From NCBI GenBank assembly GCA_016783745.1, contig JADHVZ010000004.1, positions 3,544 to 67,543 of the forward strand: a stretch of DNA of 64,000 nt. Direction: 5' to 3'. Under the pieces are notes generated by a model. The model was given only the letters and a program-made list of their open reading frames with translations, had not been told where the DNA came from and did no database searches. This DNA comes from Candidatus Omnitrophota bacterium. Its GTDB lineage: Bacteria; Omnitrophota; Gorgyraeia; JAHIPI01. Position numbers and translations under genes: made by a program. Shown piece by piece: positions 53,783 to 63,390 of the stretch (the stretch's first letter is position 1; every line of letters begins with the position of its first letter).

Positions 53783-54916
53783 ATGATTAAACCGCATGGC
53801 GGCAGATTGATAAACCGATACGTTAAAACGGGATCCGTGGCGCCCTTGCGCGGCTTACCGCGTGTACGTTTATCAGAGGTGGCTCTTTCCGACCTTTATA
53901 ATATCGCTGACGGCACATTCAGCCCGTTGACCGGTTTTATGAGGGGCCCCGAGCTCGGCGATGTTATTAACAGGAATAAAGTGAACGGGGTGCCGTGGAC
54001 TATTCCGGTCGTGCTGGACGCGGATAAGGCGGCCGTAAATGGCCTTAAGAAGGGAAAGTCTATCGCGCTTGAAGGCGATGACGGCAAAGTCGTGGCCAGG
54101 ATGGAATTAGAGGACATATATACCCATAAAAAAGACGAATACGCCCTGAAGGTGTTTGGCACCAGGGACCGCAGACATCCCGGAGTGAATCTGGCGTATG
54201 AGATGAAGGAGTATCTTTTGGGCGGAAAGGTGCATGTTTTCAGGAAGCAGGATAACGTAAAGAATTATCTTTCACCGCTTGAGGTCCGTAAGATAATCAC
54301 GGATAAAGGTTACAAGTCTGTTGCGGGCTTCCAGACAAGAAATGTGCTTCACCGCGCCCATGAATACCTGCAGCGCTGCGCGCTGGAACATGTGGACGGA
54401 CTTTTTCTGCAGCCGATCATAGGCTGGAAAAAGAAAGGTGATTTTACCGCGGATGCCATAATCAAGGCATACCGTGAATTTATATCTGACTATTATCCGG
54501 GAAACAGGGTGGTATTCGGGACTTTAAAAACAGCGATGCGTTACGCGGGCCCAAAGGAAGCCGTTTTTCATGCTATAATCAGAAAGAATTTCGGATGCAC
54601 TCATTTTATCGTGGGAAGGGACCATGCCGGTGTGGGCGGCTATTACGGAAAATATGAAGCGCACGATATATTTGATAAGATCGGGGATGTCGGTATCAAT
54701 ATTTTAAAGTTCAAGGAACCGCTTTATTGCAAAAAATGTGATCTGGTCGTAACAGAGAAGACTTGCGGCCACGGCCCCGAATATCACCAGGAGATAAGCG
54801 GTACTTTAGTCAGGAAGATAATCAAGAACGGGCATCAGCCGAAGCATAAGATCTTCAGGCCGGAAGTCTATAAGATATTACTTAAAGAGTTTAAGAGGAA
54901 ACATTTGTTTTATTAA
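53783..54916 (+). CDS. sat: sulfate adenylyltransferase (ATP sulfurylase)
   Basis: 'GFQTRNVLHRAHEYL' is the QTRN/HRAH motif, and 'HFIVGRDHAGVGGYYG' is the GRDHAG motif. Confidence 0.9.
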   Translation: MIKPHGGRLINRYVKTGSVAPLRGLPRVRLSEVALSDLYNIADGTFSPLTGFMRGPELGDVINRNKVNGVPWTIPVVLDADKAAVNGLKKGKSIALEGDDGKVVARMELEDIYTHKKDEYALKVFGTRDRRHPGVNLAYEMKEYLLGGKVHVFRKQDNVKNYLSPLEVRKIITDKGYKSVAGFQTRNVLHRAHEYLQRCALEHVDGLFLQPIIGWKKKGDFTADAIIKAYREFISDYYPGNRVVFGTLKTAMRYAGPKEAVFHAIIRKNFGCTHFIVGRDHAGVGGYYGKYEAHDIFDKIGDVGINILKFKEPLYCKKCDLVVTEKTCGHGPEYHQEISGTLVRKIIKNGHQPKHKIFRPEVYKILLKEFKRKHLFY

Positions 54917-55115
54917 TCATGATAATTAAATCACAAATAACAAGCATCAAATCACAAACAAATAACAATCACCAAATTCCAAATCTCAAACAAGCTGTTT
55001 TGAATTTTGAATTTGATATTTTGAATTTGTTTGTTATTTGTAATTTGTGATTTGTAATTTATTCGTTATTTGTTTGTAATTTGTAATTTCATGCTAATTT
55101 GAAATATACATCGAT
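54917..55115. repeat. about 200-bp intergenic inverted array of degenerate heptamer repeats: left arm A/C-rich (AAATCAC/AAATAAC units), right arm complementary T/G-rich (TTTGTGA/TTTGTAA units), centred near 54995-55000
   Basis: Read directly. Left: aaatcacaaataacaagcatcaaatcacaaacaaataacaatcaccaaattccaaatctcaaacaagc. Right: gttttgaattttgaatttgatattttgaatttgtttgttatttgtaatttgtgatttgtaatttattcgttatttgtttgtaatttgtaatttc. Confidence 0.8.
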
Positions 55116-55133
55116 TTGTTCAAGGGAGAATTT

Positions 55134-56561
55134 ATGAATAAAACTAAAATAGTATGCACAATAGGCCCAAGTTCATGCGAGGTGCCTGTACTTAAGAAAC
55201 TGATCAACGCGGGGATGAACGTTGTCCGGTTGAACGGGTCGCATAACAGCCTGGACTGGCATGAAGCCGTGATCAAGCGCATAAGATCACTGGATAAGAA
55301 CATCTCAATACTTCTTGACCTGCCCGGCAGGAAGATACGGACAAAGGCCTGGGGAAGGTCATTTCACTTCGCTAAGGGGCAGAGGCTTGTATTCACATCG
55401 AGTCAGGACTACAGAGGTGAGGGTAAAATACCCGTAAATCACAGTGAGATCCACCGCGCGCTAAAAAAATCGGATATGATCCTGGCGGAAGACGGAACGC
55501 TGAAATTCAAAGTCGAATCAATCGATGGCCGGGATATACTGTGCAGGGCGCTTTCCACCTGCACGCTGGAAAGCGGGAAGGGCCTGAATATCCCCTCAGT
55601 AAAGCTCGGCGCGGCGGTAGCCACGGAAACAGATAAAAAGCTGATAAGATTTGCCATAAATAAGGGCGTGGATTGGGTCGGTTTATCCTATGTCGAAAAC
55701 GGCGAACAGGTGAGAAAGGTCAAAAGACTACTGGCGGGCAGCGGCATAGGCGTTGTATCGAAAATAGAGAACCAGGCAGCTCTTGAGAATCTCGAGAGCA
55801 TTATAGAGGAATCAGCCGCCCTGATGGTGGACAGAGGAGACCTGGGGGCTGAGATCGGGATCGAGCGCATAAGTTTAGCGCAAAAAGGTGTTATATCCAG
55901 AGGCAATGAATACGGTAAACCTGTAATAGTAGCCACGGAGATGCTTCATTCAATGGTCCATAATCCTCATCCCACAAAGGCTGAGGTCATGGATATAAGC
56001 AATTCCATTCTCGACGGCGCTTCGGCGATCATGCTGTCGGCCGAGACGGCTGTAGGCAAGAACCCCGTAGCCGCCGTGAAGATCATGAGGAGTGTCGCCA
56101 ATGAAGTCGAGAAAGGCCGTTCTATTTACGATAAGGCCATGGTTTCTTTAAAGCGCACTTCAATACCCAACGCCATCGGAAGATCTATCTATGAGATATG
56201 TAAAGAGATGCCCATAGATAAAGTAGTATGCATCACATTTTCGGGTTATGCGGCAAGCATGGTCAGCCGCTACCGCATAGAACCTCCTATTATAGCCGTA
56301 AGCGATAAGCTGGAGAAAACCAGGGCGTTTAATCTGTTGTGGGGGGTGGAAGGGGTACCGCTTAAGATACGATTTTACCGGGACAGGTATGACCATATAC
56401 TGGAGAGCGCGGAAAAACTCTGGAGGGCCGGAAGACTTTCCGGTTCCGACCAGGTCATATTCACCGCAGTATTATTCCCGAAAAAAGGCAATAAGATGAA
56501 TTTTCTCGCGATACATAAAATCAGCGATTTGGAGAGGGTGTTCAAGTGGAAGAAAAAATAG
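55134..56561 (+). CDS. pyruvate kinase family protein (paralog embedded in the glycan locus; start placed at ATG 55134 behind GGGAG)
   Basis: 'KIVCTIGPSS...GMNVVRLNGSHNS...LLDLPGRKIRT...MVDRGDLGAEIGIE...KPVIVATEMLHSMVHNPHPTKAEVMDISNSILDGASAIMLSAETAVGKNPVAAVKIM' are collinear with the canonical PK motifs. Confidence 0.85.
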   Translation: MNKTKIVCTIGPSSCEVPVLKKLINAGMNVVRLNGSHNSLDWHEAVIKRIRSLDKNISILLDLPGRKIRTKAWGRSFHFAKGQRLVFTSSQDYRGEGKIPVNHSEIHRALKKSDMILAEDGTLKFKVESIDGRDILCRALSTCTLESGKGLNIPSVKLGAAVATETDKKLIRFAINKGVDWVGLSYVENGEQVRKVKRLLAGSGIGVVSKIENQAALENLESIIEESAALMVDRGDLGAEIGIERISLAQKGVISRGNEYGKPVIVATEMLHSMVHNPHPTKAEVMDISNSILDGASAIMLSAETAVGKNPVAAVKIMRSVANEVEKGRSIYDKAMVSLKRTSIPNAIGRSIYEICKEMPIDKVVCITFSGYAASMVSRYRIEPPIIAVSDKLEKTRAFNLLWGVEGVPLKIRFYRDRYDHILESAEKLWRAGRLSGSDQVIFTAVLFPKKGNKMNFLAIHKISDLERVFKWKKK

Positions 56562-57715
56562 TCCTTATTTCAAAAGATATTTTAAGAGCAGACTACCTGC
56601 CCGCATACGGTAACAAATACTGGAAGACCCCCAACATCGACGAATTAGCCTGCAAAGGTACCATATTCAGAAGGCATTATGTCTCTTCGCCTTCTACGGG
56701 TATGGGATTCACGTGCATGTTTTCCGGGCTGAATGCCTATGAACTCGAAAGAAAGAGCTTTACCGTGGTCGACGAATTCAAACAGGCCGCCACGCTTTTT
56801 GACTTATTAGTAGAAAAAGGGTATGCCTGCCATGTCTTATGGGATGAATTTTGGTGGGAAAAAATAGGATACCCCTATTCCAAATGTTATGGCCCGAGCA
56901 CCGTCTTTCATAATATAAAGATCGGGCAGATGGTGGGGCCTCATAAGATCGATAAGAGTGAGGTTGCCGAGGGCCAGGGAGAAAAAACAATAGAAAAAAT
57001 CACCGCGGAAGTAGATTCGATAAAGGACGACAAGCTTTTTCTTTGGATCCATTTGCCGCATGTGGTATACGGCCGGACCGCATACGGTTCGGATATAGAC
57101 TTGTTTGACAGATTAGTCGGAGATATCAGGAACAGGTTTTCGGACGGATCTATCTATATTACGGCCGATCACGGCCATATGAATTGCGAGAAGGGGCTGC
57201 CCATATACGGATTCCACGTATATGAGGGAGCGGTCCGGATCCCTTTGATCACGCCGCGAATAGACAATATGGGGGAAGTAAGATTTCCCACGAGTAATAT
57301 ACAATTGAAGGATATAATCTTGAATAAAAAGCTGGCCAGGCCGGATTATGTTTTCTGCGATACGCAGTATTACGCTCAGCCGCACAGAAAATTAGCGGTT
57401 ATAAAAGATAACTATAAGTACATTTACAACAAGTGGGACGGGACAGAAGAGCTGTATGATTGCGAATGGGACAAAAATGAAGATGTAAACCTGCTGAAAA
57501 AGAAGTGGTTTGACCGTGACAGGTTCAGATGGTATCACACAGCGGAGATTTATTTTTACCCCTATTATGAAAAGGCTTACGAATATTACCGCCTTCTCAA
57601 GGCAAAGAAAGATGAGATCTGGAGAAAGAGCGCTTTTTTGGAAGAGGCTATAAATCTTCTCAAGTATCAGGCGAAAGCGTTCTTAAAAAAAATAGAAAAT
57701 ATAAAGAAACGATAA
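56546..57715 (+). CDS. alkaline-phosphatase-superfamily phosphodiesterase/nucleotide pyrophosphatase-like enzyme (NPP type, Thr nucleophile); not a sulfatase
   Basis: 'ISKDILRADYLPAYGN...TPNIDELACKGTIF...SSPSTGMGF' parallels the NPP 'DGFRADYL...TPNLDRL...FPTKTFPNH' pattern, and 'ITADHGHMN' is the distal metal-binding DHG. It lacks the sulfatase C/S-x-P-x-R motif. Confidence 0.55.
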   Translation: MEEKIVLISKDILRADYLPAYGNKYWKTPNIDELACKGTIFRRHYVSSPSTGMGFTCMFSGLNAYELERKSFTVVDEFKQAATLFDLLVEKGYACHVLWDEFWWEKIGYPYSKCYGPSTVFHNIKIGQMVGPHKIDKSEVAEGQGEKTIEKITAEVDSIKDDKLFLWIHLPHVVYGRTAYGSDIDLFDRLVGDIRNRFSDGSIYITADHGHMNCEKGLPIYGFHVYEGAVRIPLITPRIDNMGEVRFPTSNIQLKDIILNKKLARPDYVFCDTQYYAQPHRKLAVIKDNYKYIYNKWDGTEELYDCEWDKNEDVNLLKKKWFDRDRFRWYHTAEIYFYPYYEKAYEYYRLLKAKKDEIWRKSAFLEEAINLLKYQAKAFLKKIENIKKR

Positions 57716-57725
57716 GAGCTAAGAT

Positions 57726-58592
57726 ATGAAAGTAGTCATCCTTACGCACTCTAGTGACAGGCATTATTATTTTTGCAACCGGCTCATAGAAAATGTGAAT
57801 GTCGTAGGAGTTATTTCCGGGGCCAAGACTGTTTATAGTGGATTCGGAGAAAAACTGAGGAAGGCGGTCAGCAAGAATGGATTTAAGTATAAAGCTGGCA
57901 GCATATCATTGAACATATTTTTCAGAAAATACGGAAATCTTTTCAGACAGGAAAAGGAAGCCGCGGAAGAGATGTTTTTCAGTGGAGAGAAAGACGCCTT
58001 TCAGAAAAATTATTCCGGCCTGTTACTTGCTCATGTCGGCTCCCCGCGCCGCTCTATAAACGATAAATATTATATTGATCTCATCCGTCAAAAAAATCCT
58101 GACGTTATCGCGGTGATGGGAACCTGCCTGCTCGGCAAAGAAATTATCTCTTCCGCTCCGCATGCCCTCAATTTGCACACGGGATTAGCCCCATATTACA
58201 GAGGGGACAGCACCAATTTGTGGCCTATCATCGAGGAGGATTTTGGCGTCTTCGGAGCCACTGTTCACAGGATGTCTTTAGGTATCGATTCGGGCGACAT
58301 CATTTTTACGAAGCAGCCCGCGGTTTATCGGGATGATACCTTTGGAAAAATTAACAGCAGATGTATTGAGATCGGGACTGAACGTATGATCAGGGCGATC
58401 AAGGGCCTTGAAAGCGGAAAAGCGACTTTCGTAAAACAGTGGACAAGAGGAAAATTATTCAATAGTCGGGATGTAAACAGCTATACCGCATACAGATACT
58501 TTAAAACAAAAGAAAAATATCTTTCAAGGTATTGCGAGCTTAAGGCAAGCGATCGATTACCCCGGATAAGGACTATCGGCGATGTTTTTTAA
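57726..58592 (+). CDS. formyltransferase-domain protein (sugar N-formyltransferase candidate; Fmt/ArnA N-domain fold)
   Basis: 'ALNLHTGLAPYYRGDSTNLWPIIE...GATVHRMSLGIDSGDII' matches the N10-formyl-THF transferase motif (catalytic N/H...D). Confidence 0.6.
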   Translation: MKVVILTHSSDRHYYFCNRLIENVNVVGVISGAKTVYSGFGEKLRKAVSKNGFKYKAGSISLNIFFRKYGNLFRQEKEAAEEMFFSGEKDAFQKNYSGLLLAHVGSPRRSINDKYYIDLIRQKNPDVIAVMGTCLLGKEIISSAPHALNLHTGLAPYYRGDSTNLWPIIEEDFGVFGATVHRMSLGIDSGDIIFTKQPAVYRDDTFGKINSRCIEIGTERMIRAIKGLESGKATFVKQWTRGKLFNSRDVNSYTAYRYFKTKEKYLSRYCELKASDRLPRIRTIGDVF

Positions 58593-59553
58593 AGTACCAT
58601 CCATGATAAATAGATTACAACGGAGATGGACTTCACATATTTTGCTTTACCATGCGACATTCAGCGAGGTCTCAGAGAATATAGGATCAGAGCTGCATAA
58701 CGTAAGCCCGGATGTCCTTTATAAAGAATTAAAATGGCTTGCCGCTTATTTCGACGCAGTGGATATCGATGATTATTTCCAGGCAGCCGATAAGACCGGA
58801 AAATTCGTCGTTACTTTCGATGACGGCTATAACTCGTTTTTTCAAGAGGGCTTCCCTGTCATCAAGGCTCTGAAGATTCCGTGCGCTGTTTTTTTGTGCG
58901 GCAGCACGATCGACGGTAAAATTTTCTGGCGGGATAAGATCAGATTTTTAATAAGCAACAGCTTAGTCGGTGAATTTTTGGAGTTCTACCGTAGATTTTC
59001 GGATCCGGACCCTCTTTTAAACGAAGCCACTTTTTACAGACGGACAAAAACACCGTCTGTCAATAGCCTCGAGCTGAATACGCTATTAGACAGGTTTTTT
59101 GAAAAGAAACGCATTGATACAAAAAATTTCGAGTATTGTCTCAAAGATAAGAATGATCTGATCAAAGACCCGTTTATAACATACGGGAATCATACGTATG
59201 ATCATTATATTCTATCTTCGCTATCAGAAGAGCAGCAAGAGGACCAGATACGGAAGAACGATGAATTGCTTCGGTCGCTTGGGGTAAGGATGTCCAGGAT
59301 ATTCTCTGTGCCATTCGGAGGCCAAAGAGACTTCAATCAGGCCTCTTGCCGGCTGATGAAGAAATACGGGTATACGGGATTTATGTATTCAAGAGACCGC
59401 ATAAATGTATCAAGAATGACGGGTGTGAGGACGAATTGTTCCCTACCCTCCTTTGAACGCTACATGCCCGCGGGGAACTTTGCGTCTTTCCAAAAACAGC
59501 TGACAAAGATGGCTTTCAAGGGTTTGTGCAGAAAAGTTTTTAAAGAGGGATAA
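58582..59553 (+). CDS. polysaccharide deacetylase (CE4, NodB-homology domain)
   Basis: 'FVVTFDDGYNSFFQEGFPVIKALKIPCAVF' is NodB motif 1 (TFDDG); 'HTYDH' is the His-His metal motif. Confidence 0.7.
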   Translation: MFFKVPSMINRLQRRWTSHILLYHATFSEVSENIGSELHNVSPDVLYKELKWLAAYFDAVDIDDYFQAADKTGKFVVTFDDGYNSFFQEGFPVIKALKIPCAVFLCGSTIDGKIFWRDKIRFLISNSLVGEFLEFYRRFSDPDPLLNEATFYRRTKTPSVNSLELNTLLDRFFEKKRIDTKNFEYCLKDKNDLIKDPFITYGNHTYDHYILSSLSEEQQEDQIRKNDELLRSLGVRMSRIFSVPFGGQRDFNQASCRLMKKYGYTGFMYSRDRINVSRMTGVRTNCSLPSFERYMPAGNFASFQKQLTKMAFKGLCRKVFKEG

Positions 59554-59570
59554 CAGGGCAGTATAATACA

Positions 59571-60710
59571 ATGAACGCGCTTTATATACATTTGAGCTCA
59601 TTAGCCGAAAAACGCGCTAATGTTATACAGGTAATGCAGATGTGTAACGCCTTGGAGGAGGCTGGTATCGCTGTTACGCTTGCGATACCTAAGAATAGTC
59701 ACAGATCAGGAAATATGGAGACGATAAGAGACGAGCTGGGAAGACCTGCCGGATTTAAAGTCCAGGAGTATTCAAAATATACTATTAGAGGCAGGCCTAT
59801 GTCGCTCGGAGCTTATTGGGGAGTAAGATCTATTCTGGATAAAGACAGGCATTATGATTTTTGTTATACCAGGAATTTTTTTCTGGCAAATTTGGCGATA
59901 AATAAGGGGTTGAAAACAATATATGAGGAACATTACGACAGATTGCATCCTTCGAGCTTATTGAATAGATGGTATATCAAGGAATTTCTAAAAAATGTCC
60001 ATTCGGTGAATCTCATTAAGATCGTTACTATCAGCCAGGCGCTTGCCGATATCTGGAGAAAGCGCGGTGTCCCCTCAGAAAAGATGTCGGTCCTGCATGA
60101 CGGTGTCGCCCTTGAGGATTACGCGGCGGTAAAAGGCCGGGATCAGGCGCGTTTGGAATTGGGGATCAAGACAAAAAAGAAAATAGTTGTGTATGCTGGA
60201 AGCCTGTACGGAGACAGAGGTATTGAAAATATATTGAAAGCCGCTGATTCATTTCCTGAAGCTTACTTCATTGTCGTGGGCGGGCCCGAGAAACATAAGC
60301 GCATGTATGAGTCAAGTGCCGCTAAGCGCGGACTCACAAACATCATTTTTAAAGGGAGGGTCCCTCATCATAAAGTCAGAGATTACCTTTTTGCGGCAGA
60401 CGTATTGATCGCGCTTTTTAGCCGGCGGGTGCCGACTATAAATGTATGTTCGCCGCTAAAGGTGTTTGAATACATGGCAGCGGAACGCATTATCCTCACT
60501 CAAGACTTCCCTGTAATAAGGGAAGTGCTTAAAGACGGTGATAACGCTTTGTTGGCAGACCCCGATTCCTACGAAGATCTTGAATCTAAAATGCGGCATG
60601 CCCTCTCAATCGAATATCCAAATGCGCTTGCCATTAAGGCGAGAATCGACGCGTTTAATAAATATAGTTGGAAAAAAAGGGCCGAGGCGATTTTAAATAT
60701 ACTGAAATGA
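59571..60710 (+). CDS. GT4-family (GT-B) glycosyltransferase
   Basis: C-terminal 'SPLKVFEYMAAERIILTQDFPVIREVLKDGDNALLADP' carries the EX7E motif. Confidence 0.7.
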   Translation: MNALYIHLSSLAEKRANVIQVMQMCNALEEAGIAVTLAIPKNSHRSGNMETIRDELGRPAGFKVQEYSKYTIRGRPMSLGAYWGVRSILDKDRHYDFCYTRNFFLANLAINKGLKTIYEEHYDRLHPSSLLNRWYIKEFLKNVHSVNLIKIVTISQALADIWRKRGVPSEKMSVLHDGVALEDYAAVKGRDQARLELGIKTKKKIVVYAGSLYGDRGIENILKAADSFPEAYFIVVGGPEKHKRMYESSAAKRGLTNIIFKGRVPHHKVRDYLFAADVLIALFSRRVPTINVCSPLKVFEYMAAERIILTQDFPVIREVLKDGDNALLADPDSYEDLESKMRHALSIEYPNALAIKARIDAFNKYSWKKRAEAILNILK

Positions 60711-60763
60711 CAGTTTGTAGAGATAGACGGCGTTGTTGTGGCTAAAAAATAACGGCAGGGACT

Positions 60764-62224
60764 ATGGAAGCGATGTTAACCTTTAGGCAAAATTGGAGAT
60801 TGATCATTTCACTTACATTTCTTTCGGCTCTCTTCATATGGAAATTCGGCGTCGGGACACTGTTTACTTTAGCATTTCTATGCATGGCGTTCCTCTTTCT
60901 TATGTCGATTATTTTTAGGTCAAATAAGACCGCGCTGGTCATCATCCTTACGCTGGCGTTCACCCGGGGAATAATATTATTGGCCGGCATTCCCACGATT
61001 GTGCCAAGGTCGATCATGGAGATCTCAATACTTTTACTATTGGTAAAGTCGCTTTATCTGCAATCTATTGTGGTGAAAAGATCTGTAAAGGTAATAGGAT
61101 TTTCGCCGCTCCTCGCCCTTTTCATAGTCTCTTTATTTTCATTGTATGTTAATAAAAAACCGTTTTTTCCTTATCTATTCTTTTTAAGAGATATCTTTAT
61201 TTATTATTTATTTTTTGTCGCCTTACTCAATTTGGATTTAGCCGAGAGAACGCTAAAATTCATAAATAAATATATCGTATTCCTTTTTTTACTTCAAATA
61301 CCTGCCGCGATAACAAAATTTATTATCATAGGAATGGAGGAGGGAAGGGGCATCGGAACAGTGTCGGTTTATGCCGGCCCCCTCTCCGTGACTCTACCTT
61401 TGTTCGCAATAGCCTTTCTGCTTTCGTTATATTTTTTTAGAAAACGTAACATATACCTGCTTGCGATACTTGCTTTTATTGCCTTTAGCCTTATGGGACA
61501 AAAGAGAGCCCTCGCTTTCTATCTACCGCTTTTGTCCCTGTTTCTTTATCATGCTTACAGAAAAATGGTATATCATAAAAGCGTCTTAATATTGAACCTG
61601 AGACAGATCAAAATCGTCGTTTTAATAGGATTAATTTTTTTACTGGCGCTCTATTCCACCGCGAAGACGCAGAACTTCCTGAATCCCGAAGAAAGAATAG
61701 GCGGCAGTTTTAATATACGCTTCATGTCAAAGAAGGTCTCTCAGTATATGACAGAGAAGACAAATGAAGGGCGCACCCTCGGCCGCCTGGCCACTACGGT
61801 ACATTCATATAACATTTTAAGGAAAGAAGGGCCTGTGACTTCGATGCTAGGGCTCGGAGCGGGTATACTGACGGCATCTTCCTTAATGGATACAGACCTC
61901 AGCGCAACGTACCTGCGGCTCGGGATCATGGGCGGGAAAACGGGTCTGGTATGGCTGCTTCTTCAGGTCGGTATATTAGGCGTATTTTTTCTACTGCTGT
62001 TCTATTTTCAATTATATAGACGGGCATATATAGTTTATAAACATGTTTCGGATCCTTATTGGAAACCGATAATCCTGGGTTTCCTGGGAGTTACTTTTGT
62101 ATTTGTTTTAGATTTTTTGACTTATTCGGTCAGCAGCATGTTTTTGGGGATCTTGACGCCGGTATATTTCTACCTGGCGGCAGCCTGCTTTAAGTCGATA
62201 CATTTCGAGAAAACCGTATTATAG
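60764..62224 (+). CDS. polytopic membrane protein, Wzy-like O-antigen/glycan polymerase or ligase candidate
   Basis: 486 aa with about 12 hydrophobic helices and a large loop 'NPEERIGGSFNIRFMSKK...RTLGRLATT' between late TMs, flanked by two GT4 genes. Confidence 0.4.
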   Translation: MEAMLTFRQNWRLIISLTFLSALFIWKFGVGTLFTLAFLCMAFLFLMSIIFRSNKTALVIILTLAFTRGIILLAGIPTIVPRSIMEISILLLLVKSLYLQSIVVKRSVKVIGFSPLLALFIVSLFSLYVNKKPFFPYLFFLRDIFIYYLFFVALLNLDLAERTLKFINKYIVFLFLLQIPAAITKFIIIGMEEGRGIGTVSVYAGPLSVTLPLFAIAFLLSLYFFRKRNIYLLAILAFIAFSLMGQKRALAFYLPLLSLFLYHAYRKMVYHKSVLILNLRQIKIVVLIGLIFLLALYSTAKTQNFLNPEERIGGSFNIRFMSKKVSQYMTEKTNEGRTLGRLATTVHSYNILRKEGPVTSMLGLGAGILTASSLMDTDLSATYLRLGIMGGKTGLVWLLLQVGILGVFFLLLFYFQLYRRAYIVYKHVSDPYWKPIILGFLGVTFVFVLDFLTYSVSSMFLGILTPVYFYLAAACFKSIHFEKTVL

Positions 62225-62232
62225 AGGGCGGT

Positions 62233-63390
62233 ATGCAGAAGAGGATTAAAATACTATATCTATTTCCGTCATTAAGAAGGGCGGGCCCGACATCGGGCAT
62301 GCTCGCTTTAATAAAGTATATGGACCGCAAAAGGTACGATATAACGGTAGGCTCCCTCGATAGATTACCTGAGAAGTCCAGGTCTATTGGTCCCGCCCTG
62401 GAAAAAATGAATATTAGAATTAAAACCTTTAATATGCACGGCTGGTGGGGTTTACTAAAAGCAGGGCGCGTGAAAAAATTTATTGCCCAGGAGAGTTTTG
62501 ATATAGTCCATAGCTGCGGAATAAGGCCCGATATCGTAAACTCCAGAATAAAAAAGAATATATCGGTGTCATCGGTAAGGGAGATAATCGGCGGAAATTA
62601 CCGCCTTTTGTGCGGGCCCGTTTTTTCTAAGGCCTTCTCTTTTGTTCATAAGAAGGCTCTGAGAAAAATGGATTATATAATAACGGTCTCGAATGCGGTG
62701 GAGGATTACCTGGTGAGAAAAGGCCTCGATAAGAAAAGCATTTCCTGCGTCCATAATTTCATAGATCCTGAATGGCGCAAAGTATCGGCTTCCGTCCGCC
62801 GCAGGGATCCGGGCAACGGGGCCACGAACATCGGTTATATAGGTAATCTGATACCTTTGAAAAGAGTCGATTGGATCATAAAGGCCGTAGGTGATATAAA
62901 AAAGAAGTATCCCGGGAAGAGGCTTCGCCTGCATATCGCGGGGGAGGGTTTTATGAATAGCCGCTTAAGGTCTTTAACGAGGAAACTGGGCCTGGGTGAT
63001 TCCATTAAATTCTATGGGCACTTGAATGACGCGGCGATACTGATGGACAGGCTGGATGTCTTTATCATGGCTTCTGAATTCGAGGGCTTGCCGAGGGTGT
63101 TGATGGAGGCGATGTCCGTCGGTATAACGTGTGTAGCCCCTGACACGGGCGGGATCCCGGAACTTATAGAGAATGACTCGACCGGATATCTTTTTGACTC
63201 CTCAAGCTACGGCGATATGGCGGCAAAATTAGAGGATGTGGTCATAGGCGGGAGATTTTTGGACGCCGAAAAAATAAGGAAACGTATCGAAGATGACTTT
63301 AACGCGGAAAAAGGGTCCGGAAAGACTCAGGAGCTGTACGAGGATATGATATCCGGCGAACGGTTGAGGAAGAAGGCATATGGCGGATAG
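62233..63390 (+). CDS. GT4-family (GT-B) glycosyltransferase
   Basis: 'VFIMASEFEGLPRVLMEAMSVGITCVAPDTGGIPELIENDSTGYLFD' is the EX7E region. Confidence 0.75.
   Translation: MQKRIKILYLFPSLRRAGPTSGMLALIKYMDRKRYDITVGSLDRLPEKSRSIGPALEKMNIRIKTFNMHGWWGLLKAGRVKKFIAQESFDIVHSCGIRPDIVNSRIKKNISVSSVREIIGGNYRLLCGPVFSKAFSFVHKKALRKMDYIITVSNAVEDYLVRKGLDKKSISCVHNFIDPEWRKVSASVRRRDPGNGATNIGYIGNLIPLKRVDWIIKAVGDIKKKYPGKRLRLHIAGEGFMNSRLRSLTRKLGLGDSIKFYGHLNDAAILMDRLDVFIMASEFEGLPRVLMEAMSVGITCVAPDTGGIPELIENDSTGYLFDSSSYGDMAAKLEDVVIGGRFLDAEKIRKRIEDDFNAEKGSGKTQELYEDMISGERLRKKAYGG

Noticed and set aside
56546-57715. Initial impression of a sulfatase (which would pair nicely with sat and SQD1)
   Set aside because: There is no C/S-x-P-x-R formylglycine motif. 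The active-site region (SSPSTG) and the DILRADYL / TPNIDEL / DHGH motifs fit the NPP-type phosphodiesterase branch with a Thr nucleophile instead.
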